A DNA stretch of 63,745 nucleotides, the filler included, from an uncultured Methylococcales bacterium (GTDB lineage Bacteria > Pseudomonadota > Gammaproteobacteria > Methylococcales > G963664935): NCBI GenBank assembly GCA_964653275.1. It is 3 parts of 3 records of this genome, joined end to end, with 100 filler letters (N's around TTAATTAATTAA, not from the genome) between each part and the next. Parts side by side here need not be neighbours in the genome. Positions count along the whole stretch, not along the records: positions 1 to 22,294 come from CAZZET010000060.1; 2 more parts are not named here. One strand, written 5' to 3'. Positions 9,584 to 20,521 of the stretch are shown here, piece after piece; position 1 is the stretch's first letter; each line of letters starts with the position of its first letter. Under the pieces are notes generated by a model. The model was given only the letters and a program-made list of their open reading frames with translations, ran no database searches and had not been told where the DNA came from. Position numbers and translations under genes: made by a program.

Positions 9584-10797
9584 TAATTCACTCCGTTAAT
9601 ACCGTTGTACAGAGATGACCCGCTAGGTAAAAGTTTTTTGTGACGATTAATCGGGATCTTGAAAAAAAACTGGCTATGGCCCTTTCGAAGAGATTCGTAC
9701 TGGACTTTTCCACCGTGCGCTTTGGCAACTCGATCAACCACGGATAATCCCAAACCGGTACCGTTAGCTCGTGTCGTAAAAAAAGGTTCAAATATTTTAT
9801 CTTTGATGTCATTCGGAATGCCGGGCCCGTCATCACTTACAGCGAACTGAATGAATTTCCCCGCTTCGTCAGAGATTTCCAAGGTAACATGACCGCCCAA
9901 TTGAATTGCTTCAAATGCATTGCTTAACAAATTAGTCAGTGCGCCGGTCAAAGCCTTATCATTTGCCTCAATTACGCTAATACTTGTTTTTTTAATTACA
10001 TTAAATTTCACGGATGTATTGATCACAAAACTATCGACGACATCAGTCAACGTTTTCACTAGTTCCTCGAGCCGTACTTCCTCAATAACAAGTTGCCCAT
10101 CCTTGGCGAACACAAGCATATCGTTGACCTGCCTTTCCAAAAATCGCAAACCTTCATAAAGTTTTTTTGAAAACTTTTGCCTTTGATTATTTGGTAAATT
10201 ATCTTTACGCAAATGAGACGCATACAACATTGCTGTCGCTAGTGGAGTTCGAATTTGATGTGCAATACTGGCTACTGTTTTACCTAGTGCTGACAATCGT
10301 TTTTGTTGTTCCAGCAGACTTTGTAAAGCTCGGATTTCTGTAACTTCAGTGAGCAGTGCGATTTGACCTCGATTTTCTCCAAGTGAATTACTTGACAAAC
10401 TCAAAACCTTTCCAGTTTTAGATATTTTTTCGTGGGGATTTTCAGGGTTAGATCTCAGAATATTTTCACTAACATCCTGCCAGCGGCGACCCATCAACTC
10501 ATCGCCTAATAGAGTGCCGGCTGCTTTGTTATGTTCAGAGATTTTGCCGTCCTCATCAACAACAATGACTCCAGCAGGAAGAGCATCAAGTAGCGTCTGG
10601 AGTCGATTTGCAAGACGCTCTTTTTCGCTCAGCGTTCTCAACCGAGCATGCCTAGCGACCACGAGTTCTTTTGTTAAACAATCAACCCGACTTTCTAAAT
10701 CTTGGTAAGAATCAGTGAGGTTTTGCGATAGTTGGTTAAAAGCTTGAAAAGCATCTTGTAACTGGTCGATTTGGTTAGACTGTTTTTGCGGGTTCAA
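9583..10797 (-). CDS. fleS: PAS sensor histidine kinase FleS/FlrB
   Basis: PAS, AHQIRTPL H-box, FFTTRANGTGLGL G-box; synteny. Confidence 0.92.
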   Translation of the reverse strand: MNPQKQSNQIDQLQDAFQAFNQLSQNLTDSYQDLESRVDCLTKELVVARHARLRTLSEKERLANRLQTLLDALPAGVIVVDEDGKISEHNKAAGTLLGDELMGRRWQDVSENILRSNPENPHEKISKTGKVLSLSSNSLGENRGQIALLTEVTEIRALQSLLEQQKRLSALGKTVASIAHQIRTPLATAMLYASHLRKDNLPNNQRQKFSKKLYEGLRFLERQVNDMLVFAKDGQLVIEEVRLEELVKTLTDVVDSFVINTSVKFNVIKKTSISVIEANDKALTGALTNLLSNAFEAIQLGGHVTLEISDEAGKFIQFAVSDDGPGIPNDIKDKIFEPFFTTRANGTGLGLSVVDRVAKAHGGKVQYESLRKGHSQFFFKIPINRHKKLLPSGSSLYNGINGVN

Positions 10798-10832
10798 AGC
10801 GTATCTCTATTCAGGTGTATTCCCTGAAAATA

Positions 10833-10849
10833 AGCAATATCTAAGCCAA
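10833..10849 (-). promoter_or_regulatory. Sigma-54 promoter of fleSR
   Basis: Minus strand TTGGCTTAGATATTGCT (GG-N10-GC), ~35 nt upstream of fleS. Confidence 0.8.
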
Positions 10850-10900
10850 GCCCTCGCTTAATGAATTATCATACTCTTATTACGACCTTCATCTAGTAAC

Positions 10901-10914
10901 GTCAAATTGTTGTC
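10901..10914. promoter_or_regulatory. Putative FleQ-binding site for fleSR
   Basis: gtcaaattgttgtc resembles the 14-bp FleQ box (GTCA-N6-TGAC); ~50 bp upstream of the sigma-54 site; near-identical gtcaaaattttgtc at 12590-12603 upstream of fleQ. Confidence 0.4.
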
Positions 10915-12335
10915 ATACCTTCGTGACGTTGAATATTAAATTTTCGCATTTTTTCTACCAATGTGGTTCTACGCATCCTAAGCAGTTTGGCGGCATGAGC
11001 AACGACGCCATCCGATTCCTCTAAGGCCTGTCGAATCAAATCACACTCTAATTTATTTAGGTGCTCTCGCAAATCTAATCCATCCCCAGACAGTTCTGGC
11101 TTAGAATTTTTACTAGTATCATATTCCACAATATCAGATACCACACCCCTTCGCATGGACGCTTCATTCTCACCAGCAATCGACAAACCCCTAAATTTTT
11201 CAGGCAAATCCGTAACATCGACTATCCCATAAGGATTTAAAATAACGAGACGCTCAACCAAGTTAGCCAATTCACGTACATTCCCCGGCCAGTCATACCC
11301 CTTAAGTAATTGCATCGCAGACGACGTAAAGCGAACAGATCCCCTTTTTTCATGTTCAATTCGTGCTATCAGATCACCGACGAGTACAGGAATATCTTCC
11401 GCCCGTTCCCTCAATGCAGGCACATCGATAGGGAATACGTTTAGCCGATAAAACAAATCTTCTCGAAACCGATTTTGCTCAATTTCCTCTTCAAGGTTAC
11501 GGTGGGTAGCAGCAACGATTCTAACATTGCATTCGATAGTTTTATTACTGCCAACTCGTTCGAAGGTTCGTTCCTGTAATACTCGAAGTAGTTTAACCTG
11601 CATAACTAATGGCATATCACCGATTTCATCCAAGAACAAAGTCCCCCCTTCAGCCATTTCAAAACGACCTTGTCGAGAGGACAATGCACCTGTAAATGCG
11701 CCTTTTTCATGGCCAAATAATTCACTTTCCAAAAGCTCGGAAGGGATAGCACCACAGTTGACCGGCACAAAGGGATTATGCCGGCGAGAAGAATAATAAT
11801 GTAGATTACGGGCTACAACTTCTTTCCCCGTTCCAGATTCACCTAAAATCAGTACGATTGCTTCCGCTTCAGCAACTTGTTGAATTAATTCTCGGATTTT
11901 TTGAATGCGAGAACTGCCACCCGCAAGACTTCTAAACAACTCCAATGAACGCCGATCCTCCCGCCTACTACTTTCACGAAAAAGTTTAAGCTTTTGGAAA
12001 GTTTTAGTCAGTTTTACGAGAGTTGTCGGCCATTCCTGGACAACAACTATCATATCGTCCAACGCCGAGGGAATTATTGGCGTTGAATCTTTATCGGCCA
12101 CCAAAACTATCGGGATGCCTTTCTCTTGCTTATTAAAAGCCTTAATTATCAATGCCAATCGTTCCGTCCCGTCACCGATCATTACGGCGCAAAACGCGTC
12201 GATTTCACGTAATATTTCACTAGAATTGGAAAAATCGGAGAGTAAAACGTCGTATTCGAGAAATTCAAGAACATTCTTCAGGTCGTTTCCACGACCTGGA
12301 GCCGAATCGATTAGCAATATTCGCTTATTACCCAT
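10902..12335 (-). CDS. fleQ: Sigma-54 flagellar master regulator FleQ/FlrA
   Basis: Atypical N-terminal receiver-like domain, AAA+ (GAFTGA), HTH LRMRRTTLVEKMRK; upstream of fleSR. Confidence 0.93.
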   Translation of the reverse strand: MGNKRILLIDSAPGRGNDLKNVLEFLEYDVLLSDFSNSSEILREIDAFCAVMIGDGTERLALIIKAFNKQEKGIPIVLVADKDSTPIIPSALDDMIVVVQEWPTTLVKLTKTFQKLKLFRESSRREDRRSLELFRSLAGGSSRIQKIRELIQQVAEAEAIVLILGESGTGKEVVARNLHYYSSRRHNPFVPVNCGAIPSELLESELFGHEKGAFTGALSSRQGRFEMAEGGTLFLDEIGDMPLVMQVKLLRVLQERTFERVGSNKTIECNVRIVAATHRNLEEEIEQNRFREDLFYRLNVFPIDVPALRERAEDIPVLVGDLIARIEHEKRGSVRFTSSAMQLLKGYDWPGNVRELANLVERLVILNPYGIVDVTDLPEKFRGLSIAGENEASMRRGVVSDIVEYDTSKNSKPELSGDGLDLREHLNKLECDLIRQALEESDGVVAHAAKLLRMRRTTLVEKMRKFNIQRHEGMTTI

Positions 12336-12916
12336 TGTTTTCCTGATTTATTTTTAGCCGACCCAAGTAATTTAGTCCCTTAAGTTGGCTTAGAAGTTGG
12401 CAACCGGTCAAGGTTTACAGGCGAAAGCAACACTTGTAGATTCACCAGTTTCCCGCTGCAATCAACCACTATGGTTAACCAAGGGTACTTGTGAAAATCG
12501 TTAGCAAAGACTCCTCTAGCCCGATTGCTGTCGAGATAGACCTAAGCCCTACTTTAGCTACATAAAGTTAAGCATTGAATTTTTTAGATGTCAAAATTTT
12601 GTCGATTCTTTAAATTCTATCCTTCAATACTCCTCCTTTGTTCGTAACCAATTAGGACAAAGAGATTTTTTGGTTGTGAATTTAATTATTGTATTTTATA
12701 TTATATTTGATTCTTGAATTTGATTAAGATGTTCCCCATAATGGGCGCTTTTGTCGTTAAGGACGCAAAAAATAGAGGGGATTTTGAAACATAGCCCGTG
12801 TAAAGTTTACACTCCCGGACAGTTTCATAACATCAAGTTAATATTTAAGTCCCCCGCAAAGACCTTTTAGTTGGAAAAATAACCTGTATTAATTTTTTGG
12901 TTGGGATTATTCGAGT

Positions 12917-14317
12917 ATGGCTATAGCAATAGCATTGGTTTTAATTGTCATTGGATCAATCTGGTTTCATGTTTGGAGCCCGTGGTGGATTACTCCGCTA
13001 TCATCCAACTGGAGTCCGATGGACGATACACTGATGATCACTTTTGTCGTAACGGGTGTGGTCTTTGTTGCTGTCAATCTGTTCATGGCCTATGCATTGA
13101 TTCGCTTCCGTTATAATCCGAACAGGAAAGCTGCATACGAACCGGAAAATAAAAAACTTGAATTATGGTTAACTGGATTAACGACGGTGGGTATCGTCAT
13201 TATGTTAGCACCTGGCCTCATAGTGCTAGCCGATTTCGTCCATGTACCTAAAGATGCTTCGGTTGTTGAAGCAGTGGGAAAGCAGTGGCAATGGAGCTTT
13301 CGTTTTCCCGGAAAAGACGGTGTATTGGGTAATGCCAAACCCCAGCTCATCAGTTTTCAAAATCCTTTCGGATTAAACCCCGACGACCCTAACGGGCAAG
13401 ATGATGTACTGATATCCACGAGTGAACTCCACCTTCCCGTGGACAAACCTGTCCAAATATTGTTGCGTTCCAAAGATGTTCTTCATGACTTCTACGTCCC
13501 GCATTTCAGGGCAAAAATGGATGCTGTGCCTGGCATCATTACAAGTCTTTGGTTTACACCCACGCACGTGGGACGATTCGATATCGCCTGCGCTGAATAC
13601 TGCGGAGTTGGACACCATACAATGCGAGGTGCCGTCTTCGTTGAGGACGATAATAATTTTCAGGCGTGGTTAAATAACCAACCAACCTTCGCGCAGTCGT
13701 CCGCCAAAAAATCTATGGGGGACAGCAACAAATTGGCAGAGCAAGGGCGCGAGCTAGCTGAAGAGCATGGCTGTCTTGGTTGTCATAGCGTAGATGGTAG
13801 TGCCAACGTGGGACCAACCTGGAAAGGCTTGCTCGGTAAAACCGAAAAGATTGCCGACGGCACATCAATTACAGTCGATAAAGCTTATTTTAAGGAATCG
13901 ATTCTTGACCCCAATGCAAGTGTAATCGATGGTTACTCACCCATCATGCCTCCTTACGAATTAAGTGATGGCGAAATGAATGCCTTGATAGCTTATACAG
14001 CAACGCTATCGTCGACTAGTGGGAGTGGAAATAAGTTGGTAAGTCAAGGCGAGGAACTGGCGGAAGAACAAGGTTGCCTCAGTTGTCACAGCTTGGACGG
14101 GAGTTCCAGCGTGGGGCCTAGCTGGAAAGGTCTATTTGGGAAAACTGAAACGATGACCGACGACAGTACAGTGGTGGTTGATGAAGTGTACTTAAAGGAG
14201 GCTATTGTCAATCCAAATTCCACAGTGGTCGCAGGCTTCTCACCCATCATGCCTCCCTACGAACTAAGTGACGAAGAACTCGATGCACTCGTCGCTTACA
14301 CAAGAACCATTAAATAG
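12917..14317 (+). CDS. coxB: Cytochrome c oxidase subunit II with two C-terminal cytochrome c domains
   Basis: CuA ligands DVLH and CAEYCGVGHHTM; heme motifs CLGCH and CLSCH. Confidence 0.93.
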   Translation: MAIAIALVLIVIGSIWFHVWSPWWITPLSSNWSPMDDTLMITFVVTGVVFVAVNLFMAYALIRFRYNPNRKAAYEPENKKLELWLTGLTTVGIVIMLAPGLIVLADFVHVPKDASVVEAVGKQWQWSFRFPGKDGVLGNAKPQLISFQNPFGLNPDDPNGQDDVLISTSELHLPVDKPVQILLRSKDVLHDFYVPHFRAKMDAVPGIITSLWFTPTHVGRFDIACAEYCGVGHHTMRGAVFVEDDNNFQAWLNNQPTFAQSSAKKSMGDSNKLAEQGRELAEEHGCLGCHSVDGSANVGPTWKGLLGKTEKIADGTSITVDKAYFKESILDPNASVIDGYSPIMPPYELSDGEMNALIAYTATLSSTSGSGNKLVSQGEELAEEQGCLSCHSLDGSSSVGPSWKGLFGKTETMTDDSTVVVDEVYLKEAIVNPNSTVVAGFSPIMPPYELSDEELDALVAYTRTIK

Positions 14318-14401
14318 TCAGAGGTTGGCCGAACAATTAATTCGAACGCCGACATTTAGATCAATTTTGAACAACGAACCAGCAGCATAGAGAGGATTTT
14401 G

Positions 14402-16168
14402 ATGACACAAGCCGGGTATCAAGAGGATTTACCACTCCACGATCCGACAAGTTTTTGGACAAAGTATGTCTGGAGTCAGGATCATAAAGTCATTGCCATT
14501 CAATACACACTGACCGCGGTAGCGGTCGGTTTTGTAGCGTTAGTGATGTCATGGTTAATGCGAATCCAAATCGGATTTCCAGGTAGCTTCTCTTTTATCG
14601 ACCCAAGCACGTACTACCAGTTAGTCACCATGCATGGGATGATTATGGTCATCTACTTGCTTACCGCGATATTTCTTGGAGGTTTTGGTAACTATCTTAT
14701 CCCGCTCATGGTGGGTGCGAGAGATATGGTGTTTCCCTTTGTCAACATGTTGAGCTACTGGGCTTATTTACTTTCGGTCCTAGTACTCATGGCGAGTTTC
14801 TTCGTCCCTGGCGGTCCAACTGGTGCGGGTTGGACCTTATACCCACCTCAGGCTATATTGCCTGGAACTCCGGGGTCAGATGGCGGTATCATTTTGATGC
14901 TGATTTCTCTCATTTTATTCATTGTCGCTGCCACTATGGGAGGGTTGAACTATGTGACCACCGTATTACAGGCTCGCACTCGTGGAATGACCCTGATGCG
15001 GATGCCCTTGTCGGTCTGGGGTATTTTTATGGCCACCGTTCTTGCATTGCTGGCTTTCCCCGCCCTGTTTGTGGGAGGGGTGATGATGCTATTTGACCGG
15101 CTTTTGGGCAGTAGTTTTTTTATGCCGGCTGTTGTCTCCATGGGTCAAATGCTTGATTACCAAGGTGGTAGCCCTGTGTTATTTCAACATATTTTCTGGT
15201 TTTTCGGCCATCCCGAAGTGTATATTGTCGCACTCCCGGCTTTCGGAATTGTTTCCGATATCATTAGCACCCATGCGCGAAAAAATATTTTTGGTTACCG
15301 AATAATGGTCTGGGCAATCGTGGGTATTGGTGTACTTAGCTTTATCGTCTGGGCCCACCATATGTATGTCAGTGGCATGAACCCATATTTCGGATTCTTT
15401 TTTGCGACCACTACATTGATTATTGCTGTCCCCACCGCAATCAAAGTCTACAACTGGGTATTGACACTTTGGGAAGGCAACATACATTTTACCGTACCAA
15501 TGTTGTTTGCTGTTGCTTTTGTCAGCACATTTACAATTGGAGGAATTACCGGGCTGTTTCTTGGTAACGTAGTGATCGATCTACCGCTCTCGGATACCTA
15601 TTTTGTTGTCGCCCACTTCCATATGGTTATGGGTGTATCGCCAATATTGGTAGTTTTTGGTGGCATTTATCACTGGTTTCCTAAGATCACCGGACGTATG
15701 TTGAACGATACTTGGGGACAGATTCATTTTTGGTTTACCTTTCTAGGAACATACGCAATCTATTTCCCCATGCATTACCTTGGCTTCGTCGGTATGCCCC
15801 GACGATATTACGCTTATGAAGGTTACGAATTTATCCCGGAATCTGCACAGGATCTTAATGTTTTTATTACCGTTGCCGCGCTGGCGGTTGGCTTCGCTCA
15901 ATTTATCTTTTTGTATAACTTGGCATGGAGTACCTTTAAAGGTAGGCTGGCTAGCGGCAATCCGTGGAATGCTACCTCCTTAGAATGGCAAACTCCCGAT
16001 ACGCCTCCAATACATGGCAACTGGGGTCCAAAGTTACCCGTGGTGTATCGTTGGGCTTATGATTATAGTGTCCCTGGTATGAAAGAGGATTTCCTACCAC
16101 AGAATCACCCACCTGTTGATGGGGATGGGGAAAATGATCCTGGCGAGCCAGTTGCTGAAGGAGCCTAA
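14402..16168 (+). CDS. coxA: Cytochrome c oxidase subunit I, A1 type
   Basis: TMHG, GHPEVY, WAHH, AHFH; D- and K-channel residues (DMVFP, PTAIK). Confidence 0.97.
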   Translation: MTQAGYQEDLPLHDPTSFWTKYVWSQDHKVIAIQYTLTAVAVGFVALVMSWLMRIQIGFPGSFSFIDPSTYYQLVTMHGMIMVIYLLTAIFLGGFGNYLIPLMVGARDMVFPFVNMLSYWAYLLSVLVLMASFFVPGGPTGAGWTLYPPQAILPGTPGSDGGIILMLISLILFIVAATMGGLNYVTTVLQARTRGMTLMRMPLSVWGIFMATVLALLAFPALFVGGVMMLFDRLLGSSFFMPAVVSMGQMLDYQGGSPVLFQHIFWFFGHPEVYIVALPAFGIVSDIISTHARKNIFGYRIMVWAIVGIGVLSFIVWAHHMYVSGMNPYFGFFFATTTLIIAVPTAIKVYNWVLTLWEGNIHFTVPMLFAVAFVSTFTIGGITGLFLGNVVIDLPLSDTYFVVAHFHMVMGVSPILVVFGGIYHWFPKITGRMLNDTWGQIHFWFTFLGTYAIYFPMHYLGFVGMPRRYYAYEGYEFIPESAQDLNVFITVAALAVGFAQFIFLYNLAWSTFKGRLASGNPWNATSLEWQTPDTPPIHGNWGPKLPVVYRWAYDYSVPGMKEDFLPQNHPPVDGDGENDPGEPVAEGA

Positions 16169-16177
16169 GACCTAGAA

Positions 16178-16786
16178 ATGACGCAACCAAAAGCTAACTC
16201 TTGGGTGCCAGCTGAAGGATTGGTTGATCAATGGCAGGGTCGTTTTTCGTTAGCCGAGTCTAACGAAAAATTTGGCCTGCGGGTCTTTCTTATCGTAGCA
16301 ATCACCCTGTTTTTGCTCTTAATTGTCTCTTATACGGTTCGAATGGACCTTGGAGATTGGCGTCCCTTACCCGACCCAAATTTGCTATGGGTGAACACGG
16401 CAATGCTGGTTTTAAGTAGTTTTGGTTTACAGTGGGCCAAGGTTTCAGCGGACCAAAATGCTCTAAAAGGTGTTAAATTTGGCTTGCTTAGTGGAGGTGG
16501 TTTCGCCTTAGCATTTTTAGCTGGACAAGCTGTTGTATGGAAACAGTTGCACTCTATGGGATTTTTTCTCGATTCTAACCCAGCTAACAGTTTTTTTTAC
16601 CTAATTACTGCGTTGCACGGCATACATTTGTTCGGGGGACTAGTCGCTTGGTTAAAAACCAGCTCTAAAGTGTTGCGCAAATATGAAGTAACCCAGATAC
16701 GTTTAAGCATAGAACTCTTAACTATTTATTGGCATTTCCTGCTCGTGGTCTGGCTGGTTTTGTTTGCGATGATGTTGTTGACCTAA
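16178..16786 (+). CDS. Cytochrome c oxidase subunit III-like protein (CoxO type)
   Basis: FFYLITALHGIHL and YWHFL motifs, multi-TM. Confidence 0.88.
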   Translation: MTQPKANSWVPAEGLVDQWQGRFSLAESNEKFGLRVFLIVAITLFLLLIVSYTVRMDLGDWRPLPDPNLLWVNTAMLVLSSFGLQWAKVSADQNALKGVKFGLLSGGGFALAFLAGQAVVWKQLHSMGFFLDSNPANSFFYLITALHGIHLFGGLVAWLKTSSKVLRKYEVTQIRLSIELLTIYWHFLLVVWLVLFAMMLLT

Positions 16787-16801
16787 AGAGGATAAAAAAG
16801 A

Positions 16802-17521
16802 ATGGCGAAAAATTCTTCGGGAAATCCGCTAGGGACCCTAGCTTTGCCTGTTGGATGGCAGGAAAATGTAAGTAAGGAATTGAAAGATCTTTCAACCGAT
16901 TGGGCCTCGGATAAGGACGCTTTTAAAAGTGTTCCTTGGGGTAAAGCAATGATGTGGATCTTTCTGGTGAGCGATACGTTCATATTTACCTGCTTTTTAA
17001 CAGGATATATGACGGTTAGAATGTCAACAACAGTCCCTTGGCCTATTCCCAGCGAAGTTTTCGCATTGACGATTGGGGGTCACCATATTCCACTCGTTTT
17101 AATCGCTATTATGACGTTCATCTTGATTACTAGCAGCGGCACGATGGCTATGGCGGTAAACTTTGGGTATCGACGCGATCGTAACAAAACAGCAATCCTC
17201 ATGGTTGTAACGGCCCTATTCGGTGCGTCTTTCGTTGGAATGCAAGCATTTGAATGGACTAAACTGATTGTAGAAGAAGGTGTGCGTCCTTGGGGAAACC
17301 CAATGGGTGCGGCCCAATTTGGTTCCACTTTTTTCATGATCACGGGTTTTCACGGACTTCACGTCTCGATTGGTGTAATCTACCTCAGCATCGTCGCATA
17401 CAAGGTTTGGCGAGGGCATTACGAGAATAGCAACTACGAGATTGTAGAAATCACCGGTTTATACTGGCATTTCGTCGACCTGGTGTGGGTATTTATCTTT
17501 GCATTCTTTTATCTTTGGTAA
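16802..17521 (+). CDS. coxC: Heme-copper oxidase subunit III family protein (CoxP type)
   Basis: MWIFLVSD, FFMITGFHGLHV, GLYWHFVDLVWV. Confidence 0.92.
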   Translation: MAKNSSGNPLGTLALPVGWQENVSKELKDLSTDWASDKDAFKSVPWGKAMMWIFLVSDTFIFTCFLTGYMTVRMSTTVPWPIPSEVFALTIGGHHIPLVLIAIMTFILITSSGTMAMAVNFGYRRDRNKTAILMVVTALFGASFVGMQAFEWTKLIVEEGVRPWGNPMGAAQFGSTFFMITGFHGLHVSIGVIYLSIVAYKVWRGHYENSNYEIVEITGLYWHFVDLVWVFIFAFFYLW

Positions 17522-17532
17522 GGAGTAACAAA

Positions 17533-17850
17533 ATGGAACACGTAGAAGAAGGGCAGCAACATCCAATTGGACTCTATCTAAAAATTTGGGTCTTGCTGTT
17601 TGTTCTCAGTACCATGTCTTATATGGTCGATTACCTGGAGTTCCAGGGCTATGTTCGATGGTTCTTGATCCTGCTTTTCATGTTTTTAAAGGCAGGGTTC
17701 ATCGTTGCGATCTTTATGCATATGACTTGGGAGAAAATAGCCCTAAAATGTGCAATATTACTTCCTCCTCTAGCCTTGCTTGTCTTGATTGGCCTGATGG
17801 CGTTGGAAGCGGATTTTACTTTTATAGTTCGCGCTTTATTCTTTGGATAA
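17533..17850 (+). CDS. Cytochrome c oxidase subunit IV family protein
   Basis: QQHPI...YLKIW, KAGFIVAIFMH, 3 TM; AGGAG RBS. Confidence 0.88.
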   Translation: MEHVEEGQQHPIGLYLKIWVLLFVLSTMSYMVDYLEFQGYVRWFLILLFMFLKAGFIVAIFMHMTWEKIALKCAILLPPLALLVLIGLMALEADFTFIVRALFFG

Positions 17851-18308
17851 GGAGGCCGTCTAATCTTTAACTTTATTTTACTGTATAGTATCAATCTCTA
17901 CCAAAAGCACCCTCTGTTAGTATTCATTCGACGTTGAAGGGATCTTGTAAAGAATTGTTCGGATTCGTATCCTTACAAGACAATGTTCTCTGCCAGAATC
18001 GCCTGTAAATATGCGCATCTAGTTGAAACTGGCCTATCCCCAAATAATTGGGAAGGGGAAAATGACAAGAAATATTCCCGATGTGACTTGATCTCCCTAT
18101 GTTTGCGCCGCTTTACCCCACAATCACTAGCTCAACGCTGGCCCAGAACCATACCTCAAATCGTTTCACACGATTGTTCGGATATCCATTTTATTTCACC
18201 TCGAACGCTACTCGCACGAGGGAAAAGCAGTGTTGCCTGAGTATGGTTTCAAGTTAACTGCCGCGGTCGTGCTCTCCATGGTGGTCGGCGAATGAAAAGT
18301 GATATGGC

Positions 18309-19889
18309 ATGAAAATTCTGATAGTTGATGATAACAAAACAAGCCGTAGTATATTAAGCTCGCTTCTGACATCTCGCAGCTTTGAAATTCTTGAGGCTAG
18401 CGACGGTGAACAAGCATTGACTGTTACTCGGACATCCTCCCCAGATTTAATAATCTCTGATATTCTGATGCCCGTGATGGATGGGTTTACCCTCTGTCGA
18501 AAATTGAAACTTGACTCTGCACTAAAGCAGATTCCATTTATCTTTTACACTGCGACTTTTACTGAACCTAAAGATATAGAATTTGCGCTTAGCCTAGGTG
18601 CTTGTCGATTCCTAACAAAACCACTATTAGTTGATGAAATAATACACGTCGTTACCGAATGCTTGAATACTTCGAAATCGTCCAATAATTCTACATCTAA
18701 CAGATCACAAAGCGATAATGACGAATACTATAAAGGATACTCTAATCGGCTGGCCAACAAACTCGAAAACAAAGCCTCACAGTTGGTCCAAGCCAATCAA
18801 ACCCTGGAGGAAAAAGATGAAAACATTGAATTGCTACTGCAATCGACTGCCAAGGCTAATTATGGGATTTATGTTGTTGATTTAAAAGGTGACTATATAT
18901 TTTCCAATAACGCATGCCCACGTCTTTTGGGGTATACCGACTCTTCGGAGCTAATTGGTAAAAATATACATAGTCTTATTCACCACGCCCATCCCTATGG
19001 TAATCCTTATCACGAGGAGCACTCTCAAATCTACCAAGCGTTCAGAGAACAAAGGGAGGTCCACTGCGACGACGAAATCTTTTTGCGTAAAGATGGTACG
19101 TTTTTTCATGCAGAATATTGGTCCTATCCCATACAGCGGAATGGTCAATGTATTGGTGCGGCGGTTACATTTGTAGATATTACCCAGAGGAAACAAGCAG
19201 AATCTCGACTAAAACAATCCCAAGAACGTCAACGTAATTTAATCAGGCGACTCCAGATCGTTCGCGAAGAAGAACGCAACAAAATTGCTAAAAACATACA
19301 CGATGACTTAGGTCAGGCGCTCACAGCAATACGATTGGATATAGCATGGCTACACGATCGTTTGGCAAAAAATGATGACCTGATCAACCCAATCAACACC
19401 GTAATGAACGACCTTGACGTCGCCATTGACCGGATCCGTCGAATTACATCCGGCCTAAGGCCGTCAGTCTTGGATGACTTTGGTCTGTGTGCAGCAGTAG
19501 AGTATTTAATCAATGACTTTAAAAAGCATAGTGTTATTGAGTTTAAAATAGATTTCAGCGATGAATGCAACCTCGAAGGTACCATCAAAACAGAGGTATT
19601 CCGAATAATCCAGGAAGCATTAACTAACGCCGTGCGCCATAGTGCGGCGGCTGAAATTGAAATCAAATATGTCAAGACCAAGGCTATAATGGAGTTTACA
19701 ATAAAGGACAACGGTAAAGGAATAAACCCAAGTTTTCTAGAGAGTAATCAATCAATAGGACTGATCAGTATGCACGAACGAGCAAGCGCTGTTGGCGGTA
19801 GCCTGAGTATTTGTCGTTGTGATGACAAGGGTACGATTGTGAGATTGTGTATTTCAATCGGTACATCTAAATCAAAGCAAATGCAATGA
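18309..19889 (+). CDS. REC-PAS sensor histidine kinase (HisKA_3/NarX-like core)
   Basis: N-terminal REC (IVDD, SDILMPVMDG), PAS/PAC, EERNKIAKNIHDDLGQ, QEALTNAVRH, DNGKG. Confidence 0.92.
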   Translation: MKILIVDDNKTSRSILSSLLTSRSFEILEASDGEQALTVTRTSSPDLIISDILMPVMDGFTLCRKLKLDSALKQIPFIFYTATFTEPKDIEFALSLGACRFLTKPLLVDEIIHVVTECLNTSKSSNNSTSNRSQSDNDEYYKGYSNRLANKLENKASQLVQANQTLEEKDENIELLLQSTAKANYGIYVVDLKGDYIFSNNACPRLLGYTDSSELIGKNIHSLIHHAHPYGNPYHEEHSQIYQAFREQREVHCDDEIFLRKDGTFFHAEYWSYPIQRNGQCIGAAVTFVDITQRKQAESRLKQSQERQRNLIRRLQIVREEERNKIAKNIHDDLGQALTAIRLDIAWLHDRLAKNDDLINPINTVMNDLDVAIDRIRRITSGLRPSVLDDFGLCAAVEYLINDFKKHSVIEFKIDFSDECNLEGTIKTEVFRIIQEALTNAVRHSAAAEIEIKYVKTKAIMEFTIKDNGKGINPSFLESNQSIGLISMHERASAVGGSLSICRCDDKGTIVRLCISIGTSKSKQMQ

Positions 19890-20521
19890 TTCGACTAATC
19901 ATTGCAGACGACCATGCCATCGTGCGCGAGGGTATTAAGCGCATTATTGATGATTCAATTGATATGAAATTAGTTGGCGAAGCTGACAATGGCAATGCAG
20001 TAATATCTCTCGTACGGGATGTGGTAGTGGATGTCGTTTTACTCGATATTTCCATGCCCGGCCCCGGTTTTTTGGAAGTCATGCGAAGACTATGCATCCA
20101 TAAAACACCCTTTAGTATTCTGGTACTGAGCATCCATCCAGAGAAACAATACGCCACAAGGTCGCTCCAAGCTGGTGCTTCGGGATACTTGACAAAAAAC
20201 CATTCCCCAAAAGAATTGCTAAACGCTATCCGGCATATCTATCGAGGTGGTAAATACATCAGTCCTTCATTGGCCGAACACCTCGCCGACAATCTTTGCA
20301 CTAATGGAGAGGAAAAGCCTTTGTACGAAAAACTCTCTGATCGTGAATATCAGATCCTATGTATGCTGGGGAGCGGAATGAAATCTACCGACATTGCTAA
20401 GGTCTTATCACTCAGCCCAAAAACGATCAATACTTATCGTACCCGAATCTTTGAAAAAATGGATTTTAAAAACTATGCGCAGCTTATCTTGTACGTCGTA
20501 AAACACGGGATTGTGGATTAG
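19886..20521 (+). CDS. NarL/LuxR family response regulator
   Basis: REC (ADDH, LDISMP) + LuxR HTH (LSDREYQI...LSPKTINTYR); ATGA overlap with the kinase. Confidence 0.95.
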   Translation: MIRLIIADDHAIVREGIKRIIDDSIDMKLVGEADNGNAVISLVRDVVVDVVLLDISMPGPGFLEVMRRLCIHKTPFSILVLSIHPEKQYATRSLQAGASGYLTKNHSPKELLNAIRHIYRGGKYISPSLAEHLADNLCTNGEEKPLYEKLSDREYQILCMLGSGMKSTDIAKVLSLSPKTINTYRTRIFEKMDFKNYAQLILYVVKHGIVD

